Below, one piece after another: positions 43,672 through 57,700 of a stretch of DNA of 64,000 nucleotides. Numbering within the stretch: position 1 is the first letter of the stretch; each line of letters opens with the position of its first letter. The DNA comes from Bacillota bacterium. GTDB taxonomy: Bacteria; Bacillota_I; Bacilli_A; Erysipelotrichales; Erysipelotrichaceae. Under the pieces are notes generated by a model. The model ran no database searches and was not told the origin of the DNA. It was given only the letters and a program-made list of their open reading frames with translations. The stretch is from NCBI GenBank assembly GCA_030526175.1, contig JAUNDJ010000001.1, positions 33,365-97,364 on the forward strand. The letters run 5' to 3'. The position numbers were made by a program, and so were the translations under genes.

Positions 43672-45549
43672 ATGCGTATATAGAAATTTCAGCTGGGAGG
43701 AGGAACGTATGTACCTAATATAGCAAATCCGTTCTCCTCTGCAGCTGCTGCGGATTAGGCAGCTGCCGCAGCTTCGAGTAAGAAAAGTAGTGGCGATGAT
43801 GGGTTAATCTCAAAAGCAGTCATGAAAGAAATAACTAAAAATGGAATTCCAGTAGATGTATAGAATTTCATGAATTAGCTAGCTGATGTAGAAGAAGATA
43901 TTTCTAGAGGTTTAGGTGTAAATAAAAGAACCCTTTATGCTCTTTAGGCTGAAGCCAATAGAATTATTCAACAAAAAAATTACCTTACAAAAGCCGAATC
44001 ATCTGCCGAAGAAAATCAATCAATTGGAGAGATTGCTGTAGGATCACGAGGTGAATTATTTACTATTGGTGAAGATGGTAATATTAAATCAATTTCTTCA
44101 CATAATTATGATATTGAAAAAGATGGTCCTGCTTTAACTGTTGGAGAATTGATTGAACATCGAAAATTTAATCCAACTCAAGCATTTGATTCTCAAATTA
44201 CAGCTGTTGTGAGGTCAAATATTGGTATGCCTAAGATTAATAAATGGCTACTAGATGTTATTAAATCTGTTGGATCTTCTGATACTACTTCAGAAGCATA
44301 TACGGATTTAGCATCATATATTGGACAAGAAGCTGCCAAGCGTCCTTCTGAGTCAGAGTTAAGAGCACTTTAGAACATGTACAACACTCTGCAAAAGCTA
44401 GGTCCAGATGCAATTTTTAAAACATCTGATCACCAAAGTTCAAAAAACTTAGAAATAGCTTTAAATTATATTCAGTCTGTATTACCTAGAGATATGCAGA
44501 CTCAACTAACAGGTAGGTATGTTGCATCTGGAGGAGACTTGAATGATGCTGGAAATTATATGAGAAGTTTAATTGCTGGTGCATTATCTACTAATAATAA
44601 AACAGTATCGAAACAAACAATCAACTTTCAAACTCCAATTAATAAAGCTGCCGGAACTCTTGCTGGAAAAACTAGTAGTGGTTCATCAAAAACTTTCTAT
44701 CAAACTCCAAACGAAGCTTTCTTTGATGGAGATTTAAATCAAACTGATATTATACTTTCTGACAACGCGGCTTATAATAAATATGGAGTCAAACTTAAAG
44801 GTAATCAAATGCCTGCATTAACTACTGATAATGGAAATGCAGTAAGTAACTTACCTATGAGTATTGCAATTAATGAAACAATTGGTAAATACCTTGATAA
44901 AAATTATATTTACATGGGTGACCAAATGCTTTCAGGTGAAGCCGATTTAGGAAAAGTTGCATACGGAAGCGATCAAGTAGCTCAAGTCTATATGCCTTGC
45001 ACAGAAGATGGAGCTATTGATTGGGAAGGATTTCACAGATATACCGATGCTGAAGAAGAAATTAGACGTAATAATGTAACGGATCCAAATCAAAAGAATC
45101 AAATTCATATGGAAATGGGTTCATATGTTAGATATAATTCGGATGGATCTATAATGCAGACTGATAACGTTTAGCCATATTTACTTACTTATGGATATAC
45201 TATCGACGATCATATTGATTCTGATAATAAGATGGTTAGAGAATTATCTGGATCAGAGGAAGATTCTGCAGAAGCATTATTAAGTGCTATTTATAATAAG
45301 AATGCAGCTAAACGAACTGGCTATAAAGGATTACCTAATAAACAAATTTGGGATGATATTTTTAAAGTTCCAATTTTTATTAAAGTTAACAAGTTCGCTT
45401 CAGGTGATTCTTATCGATATGGTGGACATGGTAGCAATATGATGCCTAGAGGTCTTGAAGAAGACATGATTCAACAAAAGATACAAGAAAAACCTGCACA
45501 ATATATTACTGGTAGCAGTTCATTGTTATATCAAGAAGAATATGAATAA
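43672..45549 (+). CDS. Cargo protein (625 aa, 7 TAGs)
   Basis: Starts MRI*KFQLGGG. TAGs at 43681, 43756, 43861, 43876, 43945, 44371 and 45172. Ends TAA. Confidence 0.7.
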
Positions 45550-48500
45550 TATAGAAAAACCTAATGATATATTTGTAGCTACTTTATCTAATCCAAATGC
45601 TACATCTTTGGATTTGCTACAAAATAACATTAACGTAAATAATACTGCATTATTAAGCAGAGACCAATATAAGAACACTCCTTTAGCTAAAAAAGTATTT
45701 ACAACTGAGGATGGATCTTTCAACGAAGATGCTTTTAATAAAGCGTATGATATTGCAGAACAAAAATATTTTTAGCTAGATGATGAAAATCTGGCTAAAA
45801 ATATTTCTGAGTATTTGGAGTATGGAGCAAATAGTCGGTATAAACCTGTTGGAGCAAAAACTCGAAATACTTCTGCAGAAATGACTGCAATAAAAAATAA
45901 TCCATTAGAACAAGCTTACAGTTTAACTGGTTTGAATCAGAAAACTGCTCCAGAATATACTCCTGAAGAAGCTGCTCAAAATGGACGTATTTGGGATCCA
46001 GAAACAAAACGATGGATTAAAGGCAGTGCTGAGGATAGAAGCTTAGCTGCAAAGTTCTTCGGAGATACTCTTGTATATGCTAAATATGATCATGACGGAT
46101 GGCAAGAAAATCCTGTAACAGGAGAAATGGGCAATCATCATAAAGGAGAATTCATCGAAGATGAAAATGGAAACTATTTCACTGAAATCTTAGGCGATAG
46201 ACAGCTTGGAGAAAAACAAGTTGTATCAGCTTGGGATGTGTTGACTAAAGAAAATAGCGCAGCCAATGCCTTCGACTTTATGGATTCAGATGAAGCCGAT
46301 AAATCCGTGGGCGGTATAGCAATGAAAACAATTGCGCAAATGGCTCCCTACTTCATTCCAGGAATGAATACTGTATATGGTGCATTTACAGCATTAGTTG
46401 GACTTGGATCAGTAATGCCAACTTTTTATAAATCTATGGAAAGTTTATTTACTGGAGAAAATCCAACTAGATTATATGATAATGCTACTCGTTTAGAGAA
46501 CTGGTTTAAAAAGTTTACTCCGGGTATGACTCAGCACGGACGTGAGCATTTCTTCTCTCTTGAATCTTTGGGCAATCAGCTAGCTGATCTTTCTGGACAA
46601 TTGTGGCAACAACGAGCTGCCGCATCTTTAGCAGCACAATTCTATAAATTACCTGATACTAAAGATTTAAAAACTTTAGCCGATTGGGATAAATATAAGC
46701 AACAATCAGAAAAAATGAATAGGGCTGGTAAAGCTTTATCATTAGGATATATGGGATTAACCCAGGCTGCTGATGTATATAACGACGCACTTAATAGTGG
46801 ATACGATAAACGCACTGCTGGTCTTGCTAGTTTGATGACAGCTGGAGCTTTATTTGGTATCATGAACTATAACGAAAGTGCAAACGGTTTAGGTACTTGG
46901 TTCCTCGATAAAACTACTGGTTATAATCAAGAAATTACTCAAGCTCCAGTAATTAGAGCTGCCAAAACTTTATATGCCAAACTCGAAGCCGGTGTACAAA
47001 AAGCAGTTGGAACTGGAGATTTTTCTGGAGTTGATGGTGCTTTAGCTAAGTTTAAACTAAAAGCTATTAACTATCTTGATGATGCTTTTAGAGCATCTGG
47101 TGAAGATATTTGGAAAGGATTCATAGTTGAAGGCGTAGAAGAAGTTTCAGAAGAAATGATTCAAGATGCGGTTAAAGGCATTATTGATACTATGTCTTGG
47201 GCCGGATTTACCGCAAAAGAAGGATCCTTTGGCGGATGGAGTAATGTATTTAGTCAAGAAGGTGCTCAAAGATATTTTCAAACTTTAGTTGGTGGTGCGT
47301 TAGGTGGTGCCGTTTTTGGTGCACAAAATGTAGTACAAGATCGAATTAATAAATGGGTCAATAAAGATTACGTTTCTCCAAGAGAATAGCTTAATAATAA
47401 AGATATTCTAGATGTTATCTTTGAAGGAAGAACTGAGGAATTAATTTCTGAACTTGAAAACTGCAGAAAAATATTTGGAACCAAACGAGCTGCAGTAGGT
47501 TTCGTGGATAATGAGGGTAATCATCATGACGTAGTTGCTGAAGGACAAGAAACTCAGGCAGATGCAATTGTCGATGCTGCAATTAAACATGTACGAGCTT
47601 TAGAAAATTTTAAAAATGAACTCGTAACTCATGGCGGAGCTCCAAAAGAAATGCTCGATCATGAATTATTTAAAGAATTCTTGAGAACTGCATATCGTGC
47701 AGATGCCGAAGATGTAAATCAATATCTTTTAGAGCGATTTACTAGAACTTTATCTGATGCAGCCTCCACATTTAAATCTTGGGATAACGCTTCTACTCCT
47801 GCTTCAGAAGGTGATAAAAAAGAATCTACTTCAACTGAAAAATTAGAAGAAATAAAGAAAGAGTCTGAAAAGTCTGAGAAAAAATCTGAAGAAAAGAAAG
47901 AATCAGTGAAAACTCCAGACATGCTTAAAAATGAATTCATGAAAGCTTTTGACGACGTCAAAGGATTTTTTAATGGTGAAAAATATGTGCATGTATTTAG
48001 AGAAGTTCAACTGATAAAGGATCCGGCAATGAGATCTTTTTTAACTAAATTGGATGAGAAAACTTTCTACGAAAAGTGTCTTAGACCTGAAAACTCTACT
48101 AAAAAATATGAAGATCTGGAAAAACATTCTGATGATAGCACTGTTTTAACTAAAGATAGAGTAAAACAGCTTTATGATTCTTATGTTAAAGCTGGATCTA
48201 CAAACAATAAAAATGAATATTTAAATACTATTCCTGTTTTGGAACAAGCCCTTTCTAGACTTCAAGCGTATGCTGCCCCAGCGGCGTCTAAATGGGCTCA
48301 AAGCATGCATAAAGATGCAGTTATTAAAAGTCTAAATCATTCTAAAATATCTATTGATGTTTTTGATAAGCTTCTCGAGAATTTTGATGATAGCGATTTC
48401 TTTGATGAAGAGCAACTTGCAACTTTAACCGACGACCAAAAAGAAGAAATGGTTAAAGGGTGGAAAGGTGCTATGCGTAATCAAGTTAACGATCAAGTAT

Positions 48501-51500
48501 CAGAAGAGGATGAACGCAAGTTGAGTACTTTAAATGATCACATGAAAGAATTTGTAGGAATGTTTAGATCTAATAATCTTATAGATTTAATTTCTGCACA
48601 TCCTAAAGCATGGTCGTTACAGGATAGATATTTTATGCAACTTGGTAAAAAACTTATTGATTCCGGAGTTATTGAACTTGATGATTCTATTAAATCAAAT
48701 GCAGAAATTTCTAAATTAGTCACAGATATTATTGACAAAGAACTTTATACTCATAATCTATCTGGTATTAATTTAGAACTAATTGAAAAGAGGCTTCCAT
48801 CGTTAATCAATAAATAGATCTCTGATCCATCTGATATTTTAGGTAAAAAATTAAAAGAAAAAATTGCAGATGCTGGAGTTAGTTCCGTTTCTTTAATCAC
48901 AGTTCATCCTGAGAAATATAATGATTCTATTTCAAGAATGCATTTAACTGGGATTAAAGATTTCTTAGGATCAGATGAATATATTTCTGAAGAAACTTTA
49001 AAAACCTTATTTCAGTATTATAAAACTAAAGTTAGATATGCAGTAAGTACTTTAGCTCCTATGTTTGATGAAGTTACTGCTAGATCTTTTGATAAACTTT
49101 TACAATAGATTTCAGATAACGATGCTCACTTTGCAAAAGATGGTAAAATATTAGATTTTGGTCCAGCTGTATCTGATTTGCACGAAGCGCTCGAAGATCG
49201 AATTTCTGGTGATTTTGAAGGGAATGTTACTTTAGCAGTACAACGACTAACTAATTTAAGAAAAGCCCTAATAAAAATTGGAGCGCCGATGCCTGCAATA
49301 AATCCTGACGAAGATTTCCTTTCCAAAAAAGTAATAGATCCCGTTACAGGAGCTGAAACGTTTGAATATTCAGAATCAAATTTTTATATAACAAAACGTG
49401 CTTATACTAATGCACTTAAAGATTACTTTAGAAATATTCAAACGGAAGCTAGACAATTAGAAGCACAATATGCTAATAAAATAGTAGAAAATCCATTTGT
49501 ATCTTTGATGGAACAGATGTATACTGTGGCAACTAACGGTAATGAAGAGGGAATTGGTATTATGGATTGGGCATTTCAAAAAGCTCAAGATATTGCCAAT
49601 GGAACATTTACCGCTGACGATAAACGATTGACTACTGCTGAATTAAAGCATATTGATGACGCTCTTGCTGCAATGCAAGTTCTTCAAGCTTCTATGACTC
49701 TAATGGTTAAACATGAATATTCTGAAGACGGAGTATATGGGTTTAATCAGATGACTATGGATTATATGAAATCCATAGGAAAAGATCCGGATTTGCGAAA
49801 AGATATTACTCTTATTGATCCTGATGATTATCAATATGCAATGGCTACAATGAGTAATATAAATCAAGCTTTAATGGATCTTCGTCAAGTTTCAAGAGAA
49901 TTAACTGCAGATAAATTTGGACCTTATATCCAAGATCGAAAGATTATTCAAGAAGGGCAAGCTAAGTATTTTAAATATCATTTCCCTAAAAACAGAATTA
50001 GTTTACCAGACGGAACTAAGATACCTTTAATTGACGATGACTTAGAATTTGTTGATAGTGAAGAAAGTTATTAGGAATTTATTCTTACAGCAAAACAAAA
50101 TATTGCTCAACATATTCAAAATTTAAGAACTAATAGTTCTATTGTCAACGAAGCTCACACTTCAGGTCGGACTGTTGAAGAAGTAATTGCTGAATGCATT
50201 TTTAATTCATTTAAGAACGATGCAGGATATTTAAAAACTGGATGTCTTGATAGTTCTAGTAACTTATTGGAAATTTTTAATGGAATTTCAGAGGATAATG
50301 TTACATCAGAAGCATTGGATGGATACATGCTTAACTTCCTAGTAGGTTGTATCGATCCTACTTTTGATCCAAAATCTAGAGCAATAATTATTAAAGATGC
50401 TTATGAGCAAAATCCTCACATATTTCCTAGAATTGATCAAGAAAATGCTTTCGATCAAATGTTAGCATTTATAGCTCCAGGTAATAGAAAAGCTTTTGCT
50501 CGAGTTAATCAACTTCTGACTGATGAATATAATCGTCAATATGCTGAGTTTGATAGTGATGCTTAGAAAGATATTAGGCCTGTTCAAAGAATCGGACTTC
50601 CTAACTTCTCATGTTTATTGGGACCTGGTGGTTCTGGAAAAACTTTAATTGCATCTATTTGTGCTAAAGCTGCATTATAGAAAAACGCTGTTTTAAATGT
50701 AATAGCTCTAGCAGAAAAAGAGAAAAAAGCTAATGAATTAGGTGCATTACTCGAAACAGATAAAATACATACTACTAAATCATTGGTTAAAGATGATATT
50801 ATTTCTAAATATTCTGAAGAGTTTAAAGCTGCTCGAGCAGCTGCATACGAATTTATTTCAGAAGAATATGCAAGAACTAAGAAAACTTCAGATTTATCTG
50901 GATGGAATTTTAGAGATAATTTCAAATTATCTACTGATGGAAAAGGTATAACTGTTACTGTTCCAAATGGCACTGATCCTACACAACCACCATATTTAGA
51001 ATTTACAATTCATTTTGGTGCGGACAAAGAAGGATATGGAAGTTTTGATAGAATAACATTTGATACGTTACCTGATTTAGATGCAATGCAATTGAATATT
51101 CCAGATGGAAGTTTAATTGTGTTAGATGAATGTACACTACTTGACCAATTTCAATTCACTATTCTTCAAAAATTAGCCGAAAAACATAATCTAATTTTTT
51201 GTAGTTTGGGAGATCAATTCCAAAGCAGTGATAGTGTAGAATATAATGCTACTGATGATAAAACAGGAAGTAAATATAAAGATTCTCTAACCTTCTCAAC
51301 TCCTAACTATCAATTTACTTATTTAAATCCATTGAATGGGTCATGGCGAGCTGATACCACAGCAACCTTGGAAAATGCACAAGCTATAAATAGAATACAA
51401 AGAAACGCTTAGCAAAAACCAGGATATAATAGACCTAATGATATTGGAGCAGATAGTAATTTTAGTAAAGGAGTATCGGATAAATGTAAAGAGTCTTTAT

Positions 51501-54500
51501 CTCAAGTAGTATTTAAATATATTACTCATGCAAAAGGTGATCGAAGATTCATTGGTACTACATTCTCTAAAAATGAAGAGCGTTTAAAAAAATTAATTGA
51601 TCATATTAATCATGCTCCAGATCCTAAGAACAACAAAGAAACAAATAAAGTTGCAGTAATTGTTAATGAAGAATCTGAAAAAGATGCAACTAAAACTTAT
51701 TTTGAAGGTTTAGGATTGGAAAAATTTGAAGTTGTAACTTTCAAAGAAGTACAAGGTGCTGAATATGATTATACAATTTCTTATAAATTAACTGATCCAG
51801 GATCTGTAGATAATGCACTCCAACACGTATATACTGAAATAACTCGTAATAGATTTGGTAATATTATTGTAAGTGCAGATTCTAATGATTTATTTGAATC
51901 TTTAAATCTCTCTAAAGACGCTAGAGATCATACTATTGCACTTAAAACAGAAGAAGGATCGGATGAATTATCTAAAGAATATATTGATAATTTATCTAGC
52001 ATTATAGATAATCTTCCCGATATAACTGTTCCATCCGGTGCATCTGCTCCAGCTGGAGCACCGCCTGCACCACCTGCGCCACCTGCTTCTCCAAGTGGTA
52101 GTAGTGGCTCTGGACCTGTTCCTCCGACTCCGCCGACTCCTCCTGTACCACCTACACCGCCAACTCCTCCTACCGGAGGAAGTTCGGGTTCCGGCTCAAG
52201 TGGATCAACTGGTGGAGGACCAGCTTCTCCAAGTGGAAGTTCTTCAGGTAGTGGAGCAGCTCCTGCTGCACTTCCGCCGGCTGCACCAAGAGGTGGAGCT
52301 CCTGCGGTTACTCCTGATACAGGCGAAGCGCTTGAAGATGATCCTGAAACTCCGGCTAGTAAAAAAATTACTACTGAACTCAAGAATGCTGGAATTGACA
52401 ATTTCGTTATTTTCCAATCATGGTATTTTAGACCTGGCGTATCTGAAGATGTAATAGAAGAAATTAGAAAAGGAACTGATTCTATTGAAGATGTTTTAAA
52501 TGCACATGGGGCTCAAGATAGTGAATTATCAACATTCTTAACTTTGCTAAAAACAGCTGCTTCTGGAAAATCTATTAAAATTTCTGGTAAAGCTTTTGAC
52601 TTTAGACAATTAATGTATGAAGGAAAATTTTACCGAGACATTATTAATAAGTCACCTGGATGGAGTGTTGAAAAAAGAAATGAAGCCCTTTTATTACTTT
52701 ATAAACATTTTATCAGAGCAGTTAGATCTTCTGCTAATTAGTTTAATTAGATTTCTATTACTATCAAAAATAGAGATGATTCTGATTCTCCACTTGATAA
52801 AGTTAATAATGATACATCAGCAGCAGGAAGTACAATTTCTCTCGTAGGAGTTCCAGTATCTTATACTGATGAGCACGGAAATGTAATAGACACAAATATT
52901 ACTTTAGGACGTATTGGTTATTCCAAAGATGAAGATGACAAACCGACTTCAAAAATGTATGATGATTTATATCAAGAGTTCAAAAGAAACGGAAGTAATT
53001 CTACAACCACTTTATTTGATTTAGATCAATCAACAAATGGAAATTTTGCTACATATAACACTAATAGAAAAATTTCTAAAACTCCTATATCTCAATTTAT
53101 GTTACAAATAACTGGAGATCGTAACATGAAGTTGAAAAAAGAAACTGAAGAAGAAAATAAAAAAGTTCTTCAAGATGATCCTCAACTTCAATATCGAAGA
53201 GCCACTTTAGCAACAATGGGTAAATTAGGAGTTTATGTAAGTCCAAATTCTGATGATTTTTGGGATGCTAGTAAATATGCTTCGAACTCTGTAGCTCGAG
53301 ATTCAGCATTTGAAAAATGGTATAAATCTAGAATGTTTTCTCCATCTGAAATTAAGAATTTTGACAAGATCAAAGGATTAAGTGAGTATAATTGGATTTG
53401 CTTAACTGTTCCTGGAACAGATAGTAAAATTCCAGTCATGCCTAAACACATAATTAAAGATCTTGGTGGATATTATTTATCAGATGTTGTTAGAAATCCT
53501 AATGATGATTTTCTATATTCAAGACCGACAGATTCTAAAAACAAACCACTTCCTGATGCTTATAGAAATCTAACTGGTTACGGATATAGAAAAATTATAA
53601 CAGCTCTAGCAAGACTCGCTCATGTTACTGATTCTATTCCAGAGTTATCTTTGTCAGATTTTGATATGAGAACTTTGAAATTCAATTCAGCTGCTCTAGA
53701 TAAATTTACCAATTTTGCAGCTGCAATCAAAAGAGGTTTAGGAGCTTCTATTAATCCATCTGATGTTGATTTCTTGATGAATGCTTATAGACATAAATGG
53801 CAATCCGATATTGCGCATTCAGCCTTGAAATCAGATTCTAGATGGAATGCAGAAAAGCATAAATACTATTAGCCTGATTTAAGCATAACAGTAGCAAATA
53901 TCAAAAAGTCTACAAGTAAATAGTATAAGACTGTTCAAAGATTAACTACTTACTTGCAAAGTCAACTTCCAGGATTTTTCTATGAAAATATTCCAGGTGT
54001 TAGATAGAATTTCTATTCTGACGACCAACGTCTTCGTGATGATGTAGTTGTAGAAATTTTCTATGAAGATCCGAACTTTGCTATTGATATGACCAGATTG
54101 ACTCCTGTTGGTGCTCCAGCGGCTCCTTCGACTGGAGGAGGTGCTCCTACTACAGGAAGTGGCTCTCCGGCAGGCGGATCTCCTAGTGGTGCTATAACTC
54201 AAACAGGAGCTCATACTTGGTTTAAAGATCAGGTGTCTAAGGGGACTTTTAAATCAAATTCAGTAAAAAGAATTGTAGAAAGTATTGCTAATATATCTGA
54301 TTCAAATTTCAATTTAGCTAAAGTTTTATTTGGTAATTCTGGATTTAGTTCTTCTGAATTAGGAACTGATGGAACCAGCTTACTTGTACAATTAGTAAAC
54401 TTGGATTTAAAGGAAAGTAATGTTTTATCTGATTTAAAAACCTTAATTTAGTATCTAAATTAGGATTTTGATTTTGGAGGAGGTTATACTAATCCGGCTA

Positions 54501-54766
54501 AAACATTCATTCGACTTTTACTATGTCCTGAATAGGATTTCCTTAATCCTGATTCGACTGGATCTTTTGCAGTATTAAATGATTTAAAAACATCTGATCC
54601 AGCAGATATGAAAAATCCATTTGTAGATTCTAATATAGCAATTAATTAGGATTGGGAAGAGTCTCGTTCAAATTTTGTTACTAAATTGGGATTATTACAA
54701 GGAAGTAAACCAGATGCTAAAGAAATCTTATAGATTTATGATGAAGCTGATTAGAGCTGTCATTAA
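45542..54766 (+). CDS. Giant cargo protein with an SF1 (RecD-like) helicase domain (3074 aa, about 19 TAGs)
   Basis: Nine track ORFs share one frame with only TAG interruptions. Walker A GPGGSGKT (50621-50644), Walker B LIVLDEC, LGDQFQ, TFKEVQGAEYD and YTEITR; also EGVEEVSEE and GGALGG motifs. Confidence 0.75.
52030..52320 (+). repeat. GC-rich low-complexity Pro/Gly/Ser linker (PPTPPT repeats)
   Basis: Encodes APPAPPAPPASPSGSSGSGPVPPTPPTPPVPPTPPTPPTGG...; a shorter similar tract lies at about 54105-54200. Confidence 0.8.
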
Positions 54767-54793
54767 AATATTTAATAACTAAACATGTAATTT

Positions 54794-57700
54794 ATGGCAA
54801 ATCAGTATTGTAGAATTTACAGAAACAGTGTTAAAAATACTGTTTCTAAAATTAAGGAGGCAATTAAAGGAAAGAATCAAAAAGTTATCGATGCTTTTTT
54901 AGATGGAAAATTGATGATTGACCAAAAAAGTCGTAGTCCATTTTCTTATGTAGAAAGAAATAGAATCTTAGATGACATGATCGAAGAACTAAAAGAGACT
55001 AATCCTTCAGATCCTCAAATACAATACCTGCAAGATTTAAAGGCTGAGCTACTAAAGGCTCAGCCTTTACTTCCTGCCGGGGTAGTAAAAACTAGTACTT
55101 ACGTAAGAGATAGACTTCCTAGACTTGAATACAGACAGTACTTTAACATGGACTTTAAACGTCCTAGTTCTTTAATTCCTGCATTTTCTGAAGCAATCAA
55201 TTCACAGATCTTCAAAGAGTGCAGAAGTACTTTTGTGCAATTAACTTTTTGGGATGGAAATCAAATTATTGCAGATTCAGAAGATTTAAAAAAATCACTG
55301 CATAATTATAGACAAGGATTAATGTTGGAATTACGTAATTGGCTTTTAGCTAGTTATGGGCATGTTATTGATTATAATAAATTTCCTACATTGCGTCCAG
55401 ATACTGATTTCGCAGTAATGTTGGCTCTTAATTTCAAAGAAGCATACTCTCAATTAATGGACGCTTCTTGGAATGCAATTGAACAATATCTATCTTCAAC
55501 TGGACTTACTTTTGTAGATGTACTAGATACTCCAAATCAAAGAAGTAAAATTATAAATGCTGTAAAAAACTTTTATATTTTATAGAATTTTGATTCCTGT
55601 GTTGAAGCTTTTTCCGGAGGTACTGTAACATTTGATAAAAGAAAAAAAGATCAAGTTGCCCCAGAACCTACGGAATATAAATTTATTCGTCAAGTAAATA
55701 GAGTAGGATCATTCCAGGATGTATACAAAGATATCGATGATTCTTTCTCTACTTCTTTGATGTTAAAAATGTTTGTTAGCAGTATTAAGTTACCTGATGG
55801 AACTTATTTAGATCCTGGATTTTTACAAAGATTAGTTCTCGCAATTAAAGATTGCTGTGAAAATCAAGGATTTACAATTGCTGATAAATTTAATTTTATT
55901 TTTGATCAAACCGTATCTGATTTAGATAGAGTTACTTTATTGATTAATGCATGTAAAGAAATTAACATTCTCCAAGAACAAATTGGAAATGATATGGAGC
56001 TTAGTGCATTCTTAAATGCTTTATCTAAATATAGTGATGCAATTAGCAAATATACTTCTGAAAATCCAAGTTATTCTCAAACGGATTGGAAGGATGCTCA
56101 AGAATTTGAAAATTCACATAATGTGCTTTCGGCTTTATTTGATGCTTTAAAAAATAAGCAAGCTATGACTTATGCTAGTACTTTAGCAGACGGATCTCTT
56201 GATATTAAGTCTGCAGTTCAACATAATAAGTCTAAGAAAACTATTCGAGAGGCATTAAAGAATCAAATTCAACAAAGACTGAATGAAGGCCGAGCATATT
56301 TTTACATGCCTGAATTTCAGGTTACTTCAGATGGTTCTTGGGATACACTTACTTCAATTCAATCTCCAAGAATCCAACAGATGCTTACTTTAATTACTGG
56401 ATTAAATTTCTCAGATTCAAGAATTCAGAAGTTATACGAATCTCCCGAGGGTATGATTTCTTTAAGAAACTTCTTAAAGGCTCTCACATCTGCAGTTCAA
56501 ACTCAACTTCAAGCTTCCGGTGTTAGATTGCATGAAGATATCAATGCAAATTATGCTGAAGCTATTGTTAATGATTTAGTATCTGGAACACATAAACAAG
56601 CATTTAAAGTTTTTAGTGATGCGTATATTGGACAAAATTCTAATTTAGCTGAAAAACTTGTAAATGAATCTAATGATACTATTCCATTGGAAGGAAGTAA
56701 TAATACTATCTCTAATTTAAGAGGTAATATGTTACGTACTGCTGAACAAATTCCAGGTATAACTGCTTCGAAAACTGGTAATTTGCTTTGGGAAGTTGGT
56801 TCTGATCGCGGTAAAGAAATCGGAATTATTCAAAAATCTAGAGACGGAAATAAACGATCTAACTATACAGCTCACATTGTTCAATCATTGGACGCTGTAA
56901 TCAGTGATAATGTTTATAAACCAACTGACTTATCTGTTCCCGAATTGGCTAGTATTGCTATGGGAACTGATTATTTGTATAGTATTGTAAAGCAAGGACA
57001 AATGCTTACTCAAATAGAATGTTTCTCTGATAAAGTCAGAATTGCTAAAGGTGCTTGGAATTTTAGTCACGTTCCAATGCATCGCATGTCAATAGAAGAT
57101 ATTAGAAAGAGAGCATTTGAACAACATAAAACATATTTTAAAGCTATTGAGTCACAAATTTGTCAAGATCTTAATGCACTTTTCGAAGACGAATTGATTC
57201 AGTTTGGAAAGTCTGAATTACGTACTATAGTTGATGCTAATGACTTTTTGGAAAAATGGTCGACAAAATTATTAAAAGATAATGAAGGTACTTATACCGA
57301 ATCTAAAAATGATTTCGTTGATCACGCATTTGCCAGAAAAGTTGCAGACTATCAAGCTAAACATCCAGATTCTCAAATATCATTTTACCGAGATATTCAC
57401 TATACGTTTAAAAAGAAGGCTGGAGTAGTTGGAATTAACTCTTGCTTACAATATAGAATTCGACAAGCACAAGCAGATGGATATAGTATATTTGCTAAAG
57501 CAAGAGCTACTGGATTAGCTTCTTTGAAAAAAGATTTGTCTAATCCTAAGTATATGCCTGGATTATCTAACACACTTTTAAAAAGTATGTCAGATATACT
57601 TGCAGTCGAAAGTACTTCTAATGAACTACTTGATTTAGTAGCTTTATTTGGATACGATTACGCTTCTAGTAAATTAACAGATAGTCAAAAAAATTCAATA

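Noticed and set aside
52030-52320. GC-rich patch as foreign DNA
   Set aside because: It is explained by Pro/Gly/Ala/Ser codons of an in-frame linker.
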